Sequence record: PQ287642.1
Direction: 5' to 3' (one strand)
DNA: 64,000 nt
Within the stretch, counting starts at the first letter, position 1; every line of letters starts with the position of its first letter. Shown here piece after piece: positions 57,486 to 64,000 of this stretch. Below the pieces are notes generated by a model. It did no database searches. It saw nothing but the letters and a program-made list of their open reading frames with translations, and was not told where the DNA came from. Made by a program: the position numbers and the translations under genes.

Positions 57486-57523
57486 AGCATAGCTCCTACC
57501 CGAAGGTAGGAGCTTTATGCCGT
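57486..57523. terminator. Bidirectional hairpin AGCTCCTACC-CGAA-GGTAGGAGCT + TTATGCCGT
   Basis: Between convergent genes. Confidence 0.85.
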
Positions 57524-57524
57524 C

Positions 57525-57764
57525 TTACACTTGTGCTTCAATCATCATGAAAAGACCACCCAAGAAGAGAGTGATCAGCGCTACGATAGCAGCTCCCCAT
57601 ATGAGAGCAGTGCAAATCATATTAATGCGGTCGAGCATGATGATATCTTTCTTGGGTAAACGAGTTCGACGAACATCATCGTTATCTTTTACCAGTTTTG
57701 CTACGAACAGGGACCCAGCGATAATCGAAATAGAGATCCACCAGATCAGCATGATGGTTTCCAT
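57525..57764 (-). CDS. Two-TM membrane protein
   Basis: AAGGAG SD; two hydrophobic helices. Confidence 0.75.
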   Translation of the reverse strand: METIMLIWWISISIIAGSLFVAKLVKDNDDVRRTRLPKKDIIMLDRINMICTALIWGAAIVALITLFLGGLFMMIEAQV

Positions 57765-57777
57765 GATTAACTCCTTG

Positions 57778-58038
57778 TTAGTTCATGAGCGTCCACGGCG
57801 GTAACTGGAGAGGGGTATACACGCTAACCAGGGCCGTAATGATCATTACTAGATAAATCGCAAAGCTAATTGCCCAACTGACGCAGAGGAACATGCAGAG
57901 GTACTTCCAATTAGGAAGCCACTTGCATACACCCATTACGAACAACCACGATACAGCATAGCCAGTCATGATCAATAGTCCAGGAAGGCTAAGTGTCCCG
58001 TAAATAAACGCTATTGGGTTAGTAAACATCAAATCCAT
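57778..58038 (-). CDS. Multi-pass membrane protein
   Basis: AGGAG SD; 2-3 hydrophobic helices. Confidence 0.75.
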   Translation of the reverse strand: MDLMFTNPIAFIYGTLSLPGLLIMTGYAVSWLFVMGVCKWLPNWKYLCMFLCVSWAISFAIYLVMIITALVSVYTPLQLPPWTLMN

Positions 58039-58046
58039 GTTAACTC

Positions 58047-58235
58047 CTATTTTGGAAGCATGTCGAATAAATGATATCCACTATAGCCGGTGATAGCAAT
58101 AATAACTACGCCAAATAGAACCATAGAGATTCTATCTGAAAAGGTTTTACTGCTAGCTACCAAGCCATAGAAAGTCATTACACCTCCAACCGTAAGAGAA
58201 GCGAAGAAGGTGAGTATCAGTACAATCCATCCCAT
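58047..58235 (-). CDS. Two-TM membrane protein
   Basis: Hydrophobic hairpin. Confidence 0.7.
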   Translation of the reverse strand: MGWIVLILTFFASLTVGGVMTFYGLVASSKTFSDRISMVLFGVVIIAITGYSGYHLFDMLPK

Positions 58236-58239
58236 GGTA

Positions 58240-58449
58240 TCAACTCAGAAAGATGTTATAAAAGGTTGCCATGATCAAGTATACGGCAAGAAGGATTGCT
58301 GCCAAAGGACCAGATGCATTGAAAGCTTTAGCCAGTTTAATCGGCAGGTGGTTCGTTTTGACACCCATGACCGCAAGTCCCTGTTTCAGGAAAAAGACGA
58401 TGAACAGAGTGATGATAGCGAAAGCAAATACATTGGTGATAATAGCCAT
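58240..58449 (-). CDS. Two-TM membrane protein
   Basis: AAGGA SD; first gene after an early promoter. Confidence 0.7.
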   Translation of the reverse strand: MAIITNVFAFAIITLFIVFFLKQGLAVMGVKTNHLPIKLAKAFNASGPLAAILLAVYLIMATFYNIFLS

Positions 58450-58484
58450 TACATTGTCCTTTATGTGGGTGTATATTCACAGTT

Positions 58485-58492
58485 GTAATATA
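58485..58492 (-). promoter_or_regulatory. Early promoter TATATTAC
   Basis: TTTAAAGCC-TATATTAC-AACTG, nearly identical context to 18422. Confidence 0.75.
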
Positions 58493-58496
58493 GGCT

Positions 58497-58799
58497 TTAA
58501 ATGAACTTAAATGCATATTTGAGATTAGCTGCTGCGAACATAGCAACAGTGAAGAACCCAAATCCAGCGATTAGATAATAACGATACTCTCTCCAGTGTT
58601 TAGGTGTATCGTAGGCATTTGGATCAACTAGTGCATTACCGATACCTAAAACACAGGTACATGCAGCTAGTACACCTGTTGAAATAGCCAGTGCAGCATA
58701 AGGTAGATAGATGTATGCCACAACGGGAATTGCTATAACAATTACCAGAAGGAGGAACATTAGGTTGGGGAAAGGGAGAGCAGCGGGAGATGTATTCAT
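58497..58799 (-). CDS. Three-TM membrane protein
   Basis: AAGGA SD; three hydrophobic helices. Confidence 0.7.
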   Translation of the reverse strand: MNTSPAALPFPNLMFLLLVIVIAIPVVAYIYLPYAALAISTGVLAACTCVLGIGNALVDPNAYDTPKHWREYRYYLIAGFGFFTVAMFAAANLKYAFKFI

Positions 58800-58809
58800 T
58801 TGTAATTCC

Positions 58810-59082
58810 TTAGATGTGGGATGCAGCGATTACGAACATGGTCAGCGTAAAGTAAGCTAATACCAAGTAACATTTCTTTACGAACGTATGGATCAATCGG
58901 GTCAATGCAATCTCAGAATACTCTATAGACTGCTTTATTAACTTCGGTTTGATGTTCTGTCCGGCTAAACGTAACAAGTGTTTATAGTGCGCCGTTCTGT
59001 ACTCCTCACGGAGCTTCAGTTCCAATACATACATCACGACGGTTAATATCGGTGAAACAATAAGTAGGATCACAGGTGACAT
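58810..59082 (-). CDS. Two-TM membrane protein (start revised to MSPVILL)
   Basis: GAGGA SD before ATG 59082. Confidence 0.7.
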   Translation of the reverse strand: MSPVILLIVSPILTVVMYVLELKLREEYRTAHYKHLLRLAGQNIKPKLIKQSIEYSEIALTRLIHTFVKKCYLVLAYFTLTMFVIAASHI

Positions 59083-59100
59083 TTCTATTCCTCTTAACGG

Positions 59101-59129
59101 TATAAAGCCCACCCGAAGGTGGGCTGTTA
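59101..59129 (-). terminator. Hairpin AGCCCACC-CGAA-GGTGGGCT + TTATACCGT
   Basis: Follows the helicase stop. Confidence 0.8.
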
Positions 59130-60664
59130 TTAGTGCATGGCTATCCGTCTGAGTACCATTGAAAGAGTTTTACCGGCGAAATGCTCACTTTTATTCCGAG
59201 CATATCTCACGTGGTGCGGTATGTTTTCACACACTAGGTAGGTCAACCTAGGTACCACATCTTGGAAGTCTTTCAGTTTACGGAGACGACCCAGAATTTG
59301 AATGTTATCTTTCTTGGAATCGGTAGCTTGTAACAATACTACCTCACGAAGATTAGGGATGTCTACACCTGTACCAGATGACTTAATAGTGGACACCGTA
59401 ATGTCGTTCTTAAGTAACTGTTCATAACTGCAACCTGAGACATGTCCGTTAACCACAAGGTCAGGGAACTTAGTCTTCAGATATTTAACCAGTTTTTCAA
59501 TAAAGGCGACCGTTGCACAAAGGAGGAGTAGTTTCTGACCAGGTAACCGATCTTTCACATACACGCCATCAGCAATACGACCGACCATCCTGAAATAGTC
59601 ATCCATCCGTTTAGGATCTTTCATCATTACCGTTTCGTAACGCGCATGGTTATACGTATTCTTAAACGGTGTAAGATAATCCTTCGGTTTGATCTTTGGT
59701 TCAGTGTAGAGTAGCCCCATGCAGTTGATGTAGACATCGTAGTTGGGCAGGCGACACATGGTCTCTGCTGGCAACATCTTGTCAATCATCTTCGTCACGT
59801 AGGCGTTCCCTGTGTAGGGAGTAGCCGACAAATAGATCTGCTTATTAATGTTAGAGTAAATATCGATACGGAAGGTTAGTCCTGGATCTTCTTGAATCTC
59901 GTCGTTAATTTGCAGTCCTGCTTGTATTGCTTCGTGGAACCGGGGTGGAGGTACATTGTATCCGAGCTCATGGAGTCGGTTACCATACTTCTCAAAGTTA
60001 TCTAGATATGCCCGGTAGGTAGTAGAAGAGATTACAATAACGTCAATCCCTTCAAGATCGTTTTCGACGCCGCGATCTATTAGTTTTTGGAGTTCTGCGG
60101 AACCCGAGATGGTAATGTATCTCTGGGCAATGTCCTTGTAAGTGTTCTGAAGAGCCTCAATCCAAATACCAAAATACTTGGGAGGAACCATCACAACACA
60201 TCTTACCCCCATCGAAGCCAAGGACGCTAGGCTCGTGAGGGTTTTCCCTTTCCCGTTTGCAAGTCTACCCGTGCAGAATGTAACCAATCACGCAAAATAT
60301 CTTCACGGATGATTTCCTGATAATCCCGGAGTACGTATTTCTCGTACATTTCGTAAACAGCAATTGCTGCTTTAGGGACAGGGATATCCTCAATCTCGAC
60401 TCGTTCTCTTGGGATACCTTTGTTCTCCAGATAACCGATCAGGTCTTCTAGTGAATTTCGGTGGATATAAGTCTCTGATAGATCTTCGAAACAACCATAG
60501 TACTTTTTCTTGAGTTCCATGATGATTCGATTACCAGGGATCTTCTTAGGTTCTTTCAAAGAAAGCCCTTCAAGAAACCCCTGCATCTTAGCGAACGTTT
60601 CCCGAGTATACCCAGATAGTCGGACACCATGCGTATAGCGCTCAGCCTTGAGTATCGGTAGCAT
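59130..60664 (-). CDS. SF2 helicase (phiKZ gp75-like) encoded in two frames joined by a -1 shift at 60242-60254
   Basis: Upstream ORF ends ...LRDYQ...DLQTGKGKPSRA*; the -1 frame continues GKGKTLTSL...INDEIQE...LSATP...SSGTGVDIPNL...QILGRLR (motifs I-VI). Joined length 511 aa. Confidence 0.8.
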
Positions 60665-60674
60665 AAAAAATTAA

Positions 60675-60717
60675 CGAGGGGAAAGGGAGAGCCAAAGCCC
60701 TCCCTACCTCGACCTCC
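60675..60717 (-). promoter_or_regulatory. Hairpin between GGAGGT and the helicase ATG (looped-out SD or attenuator)
   Basis: GGAGGT-[CGAGG T AGGGAGGGC TTTG GCTCTCCCT TTCC CCTCG]-TTAATTTTTT-ATG. Confidence 0.55.
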
Positions 60718-60720
60718 ATC

Positions 60721-62694
60721 TTAGAGCAGCTTACCTCCCATGACCGCAAGATCGTAGGGATGGTCATTCCTCAGTGTGTAGAGGAAACTGCCAGGATTAT
60801 TCAACGGCTCATGTTGCTTCTCAAACGACATCGCACCAGCAAGAGAACGGGACATCATCAGTTTGTTGTATTTTTCAAACTGACCCGTAATACCCGGCTT
60901 AGGCAGACGATAATCGCGTTCAGCGATAGAGCGCACCATCATAGCATAAACCAGAACCTCACAGTGAACGGCATTCAAAGAGAACTTCTCATTCAACAGC
61001 GACACAGTGGCTGCCAAAGCATCAACTGGGTCTTTGTAGTTCTTAAGATAAGTCTTGCTAGTAAAACCTACCTTATCTGAGCTCAGTTTAGACCCTTCAG
61101 TATCACTACCAGAGTGCAGGAATGACTGAATACGCTTCATCACTTCGTACATGTTTACGTGCTTATTAGGCAACGTCAGGAACGGCAGGGCAAAGTCAAA
61201 CCCGGCCATATCGATCACGATATTATCACGAGCGTCAAGTTCCCAACGTACACGTTTGATATGTTGCAGCATTTCAGTCGATAGACTAGCTCGACGGTTA
61301 TACAGCGACACCGTCAATACATCGCCTTCGTCTACTCCATCAACCGTCCGTACCAAACCAATACGGGTCAGTTCAGAAGCACTCGGTGCTGGATATGCAC
61401 TAAGGTCATCGATCATCAGAATATCAGCCAGGTTCTGAGCTTCGTTACGACCGATCATCAAGCGGAAACCTTTGCCCGAGAGTTCTTTCTTCAGATAAAG
61501 AGTTTCAGCCGCAGATCCAGTGCGCAGGTACTTAGCTTCGACGCCACCAATCTGATACTGTTCTACAGCCGAGGTTGCATCAGTGTGTTTTGTCGACAAT
61601 ACCGCAGAAGTGATTTTGTCACCCATGGATACAGCCGATACCTGACCAATGACAGTTCCTTTTGGAATAGAGAAACTTAGTCGCCCATAACACCGCGAAC
61701 ATACACCCTGAGGATCCGGATGCACACATCCCAAAATAGAACGCATCTTAATCTTTTTACCGATAAGATGTTTCTCATCCCCTTTCAGCCAGTCCAGTTG
61801 ACCTGTCTGTTCGTTCAGATAGTACTTACCACGAAGAGCTTTCAACGTACCCTGCATTACAGGGAAGTCGATCAAGTGACCATTACAATCACCAGTGTGT
61901 AGGTTCTGTACATACTGAGCAATCAACTGAGACTTCCGGTTGAAATACTCGGTTACACGCAGTAGCTCTTTGTTATACAACAGAGCTTTGGTACCCGATC
62001 GGGATTCGATCATGTTTTCATACAGACCCCAAATACCATCAATGTAACCAGTGGTACACGGCTCACTGAAAATATCAGAGTTAATGTCTGTCGGGAAACC
62101 ACGTGGTCCGTATGCCTGAAGCAATTGCTCCATTTTCTGCGTACCCGAGCGCAGGCCCTCAATGATGCTGTTACCACGGAACTGTGTTTCGTCGTTGAAT
62201 GCTTCTTTGATCATCCCGTAAGAAATGTTTTCAATCCCGTACGTAGTAGGCTGTACATCTTGGTTAGCCTTTCTAACTGCCGGGTGATTGTACACTTCCA
62301 TAATGTCAAAGATCGACAGGGTTGCAATGTAAGCACTCAGTCGAGTAGTGGTTTCATTATAAAGCCAATTCTTTCCTTCAATAGCCAGTTTAGCCAAAAC
62401 CTCTGGATCGATCTGTTCACCACTCCATGCATGAATACCCCAAATAACTTTGTTCAGGTATTTCACAAGAGATTTAGAGGTAACCCGAGTAGATGCCAGA
62501 TGGTAATCTTTCAGAACCGGGGCATCAGGGAAAGCTTTCAGTGGATACCAGAGCAGAACCGACAGCTTGGTGATCCGATCTTTTGCATAGAGTTTCTCTC
62601 CGTCATCAAAGATGATCTCGTGCCATTCACTTGGAATCGCCCAGAGTTCATCGTAACTCATATTGAGAAGATCACGTGCTTTATACTGATTCAT
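60721..62694 (-). CDS. rpoC: Non-virion RNA polymerase beta-prime subunit, C-terminal part (phiKZ gp74-like)
   Basis: ESRSGTKALL...TEYFNRK, CVHPDPQGVCSRCYG zinc site, AVLSTKHTDA (trigger-loop-like). Confidence 0.9.
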   Translation of the reverse strand: MNQYKARDLLNMSYDELWAIPSEWHEIIFDDGEKLYAKDRITKLSVLLWYPLKAFPDAPVLKDYHLASTRVTSKSLVKYLNKVIWGIHAWSGEQIDPEVLAKLAIEGKNWLYNETTTRLSAYIATLSIFDIMEVYNHPAVRKANQDVQPTTYGIENISYGMIKEAFNDETQFRGNSIIEGLRSGTQKMEQLLQAYGPRGFPTDINSDIFSEPCTTGYIDGIWGLYENMIESRSGTKALLYNKELLRVTEYFNRKSQLIAQYVQNLHTGDCNGHLIDFPVMQGTLKALRGKYYLNEQTGQLDWLKGDEKHLIGKKIKMRSILGCVHPDPQGVCSRCYGRLSFSIPKGTVIGQVSAVSMGDKITSAVLSTKHTDATSAVEQYQIGGVEAKYLRTGSAAETLYLKKELSGKGFRLMIGRNEAQNLADILMIDDLSAYPAPSASELTRIGLVRTVDGVDEGDVLTVSLYNRRASLSTEMLQHIKRVRWELDARDNIVIDMAGFDFALPFLTLPNKHVNMYEVMKRIQSFLHSGSDTEGSKLSSDKVGFTSKTYLKNYKDPVDALAATVSLLNEKFSLNAVHCEVLVYAMMVRSIAERDYRLPKPGITGQFEKYNKLMMSRSLAGAMSFEKQHEPLNNPGSFLYTLRNDHPYDLAVMGGKLL

Positions 62695-62720
62695 TATTTA
62701 CCTCTTGGCGTGCAGCCCGG

Positions 62721-64000
62721 TTAAACACCGGGCGCGTACTTGAACTGCAATCCACGGCATTCCAACAAGTGCGACAGAAGTCCAACTGGTCGGGAGTTAC
62801 CGAATGGGATTTTGGAACGATCAACTGCTTTCTCAATGTTGGACGGTTTATCCGCAGTGAGGATAGAGTTGATCACAGCAATGTGTGCTTCGGGGTTATT
62901 GGTTTGATCCAACAGTTCTACCGTGGGTAGTGCACCGACCGTACAGTTGTAAGATCGAGTCTCAGATTCACCAAACGAACGAATAGCGCTTTCTCGACCA
63001 GGTGTACTGGACCGATCGGAGTTATTCAGTTTCGATGGTAGACCAAACTGTTGAGTCTTCACCGATGCTACGGCCGACCAGTCTTCACCGATCTTTTCGA
63101 GCAGCATCATGTATAGCGGGCCAAGCAACATTGGGTCTTTTGTCGTTACTTCTTTACCTGTTTGATCTCGATATGTCACCGGTGCATATGTTGGACAGAA
63201 GCGAGAATTAAGGATCTGGTTACTTGCTGTCGGCAAATGTACGGGGTCATCAACCGGGGAATACAAGTACGCAAAACCATCTCTCAATACATGCGATACA
63301 TGTTGAATCGGATTCGGGTGATCCTTAACCATTCCATGCATTGTCGGAGTAACGATTGCATAGAAATCAAGCAGCTCATTAAAGGCATACTTGATAAAGT
63401 CAGGATTGTTTCTGATATGGTTTACAACGTCGTCAAGTTCATAGGAACCATGACGCTCTAGCCCACATTCAACTCGGAGACGTTGAGCCAGATCGCGAGA
63501 TGCTGCACCGAAACCATGTTCATAGATACGACCATAGTTAGAACGACGCATAGTCGAGCCGCCAAAGATAACAACATCTGCAACGTTACCATTCACGTCA
63601 CGAGGCATATCTGCTCGCTTCATGATCTTACAAACGACACCTTTTCCGCCATGGAAATCAGTGGCTTTATATGCACCGCCCGGTTCTTTAATCGATTCAT
63701 AGGTGATTTCAACACGCCATTCATCAAGTTGATCCAGTCGATACATACGGGTCAGCTTACGTTGACCTTCGGCTTGAGGCAGATAGATCATCGCTTCTAC
63801 TACAAGTTGACGAAACTCCTCGGTCATATGGAGGCGATCTTTACGGCGGGCAGACAGACCTTTATATACCTTGATGATCTCACGGTAATACGACGCCAGT
63901 GCGTCATAGTACTTCCGCAGTTGTCCATCCATACCACTCGGAGTATAAGATGGATTTTGACGATCATCCCAATACACTTTGATGTCTTTAATGATTGCGC
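62721..64000 (-). CDS. rpoB: Non-virion RNA polymerase beta subunit, C-terminal part (phiKZ gp71-73-like); begins beyond the right edge
   Basis: KATDFHGGKGVVCKIM, RRSNYGRIYE, GPLYMMLLEKI, RSFGESETR; frame open to the edge (AIIKDIKVYWDD), so the track start is artificial. Confidence 0.92.
   Translation of the reverse strand, partial: AIIKDIKVYWDDRQNPSYTPSGMDGQLRKYYDALASYYREIIKVYKGLSARRKDRLHMTEEFRQLVVEAMIYLPQAEGQRKLTRMYRLDQLDEWRVEITYESIKEPGGAYKATDFHGGKGVVCKIMKRADMPRDVNGNVADVVIFGGSTMRRSNYGRIYEHGFGAASRDLAQRLRVECGLERHGSYELDDVVNHIRNNPDFIKYAFNELLDFYAIVTPTMHGMVKDHPNPIQHVSHVLRDGFAYLYSPVDDPVHLPTASNQILNSRFCPTYAPVTYRDQTGKEVTTKDPMLLGPLYMMLLEKIGEDWSAVASVKTQQFGLPSKLNNSDRSSTPGRESAIRSFGESETRSYNCTVGALPTVELLDQTNNPEAHIAVINSILTADKPSNIEKAVDRSKIPFGNSRPVGLLSHLLECRGLQFKYAPGV

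Larger units (their letters stand above)
3025..59129. repeat. Dispersed hairpin family with conserved flank GC-TTTATG(C/T)CG / CG(A/G)CATAAA-GC (about 16 copies)
   Basis: Copies near 3025, 7683, 8152, 8889, 9053, 10924, 12945, 18916, 25343, 29152, 31886, 33210, 35925, 43916, 49626, 50969, 57486, 59101 (some with variant tails). Confidence 0.8.

Noticed and set aside
1-64000. Genome-wide stop-codon reassignment as an explanation for the capsid read-through or helicase break
   Set aside because: TGA ends many genes at coupled ATGA/GTGA junctions; long genes contain no in-frame TAG or TGA; the helicase break is a frame change, not a stop.
62721-64000. Group I intron/HNH interruption of the RNAP beta gene, as in phiKZ gp71-73
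   Set aside because: The portion in this window is a continuous ORF through DFHGGKG; no homing endonuclease seen (the part beyond the edge cannot be judged).
1-64000. CRISPR array
   Set aside because: Repeated elements are dispersed hairpin flanks, not regularly spaced direct repeats.

Overview
64 kb from the core of a phiKZ-like (nucleus-forming, Chimalliviridae-type) jumbo phage; host not determinable from this window. Left to right it holds: the N-terminal beta subunit of the non-virion RNA polymerase (cut by the left edge), the major capsid protein, a DnaB helicase, a ~12 kb minus-strand early/accessory region of small ORFs (many membrane microproteins, a DarG-like macrodomain), a long virion block (baseplate and neck candidates, six inner-body/ejection paralogs), a split family-B DNA polymerase subunit with a coupled NADAR-like ORF, a virion RNAP beta-prime subunit, a T4 gp26-like chaperone pair, a second membrane-protein cluster, an SF2 helicase and two more non-virion RNAP subunits (the last cut by the right edge). 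The most striking signal is three candidate translational recoding sites: (1) a UGA stop of the major capsid gene followed by a 27-codon in-frame extension with three R-x-L-E-(N/D)-G repeats; (2) a -1 frameshift at A_TTT_TTC joining the gp26-like gene to its downstream ORF, G/GT style; (3) a -1 frameshift, or an indel, inside the Walker A motif of the SF2 helicase, whose Shine-Dalgarno also appears looped out by a hairpin. There is also a dispersed hairpin + TTTATG(C/T)CG family, two structured non-coding regions, and a pseudoknot-like leader. No tRNA, CRISPR array, intron or intein was recognised. phiKZ gp numbers come from recalled synteny and motifs, not database searches.
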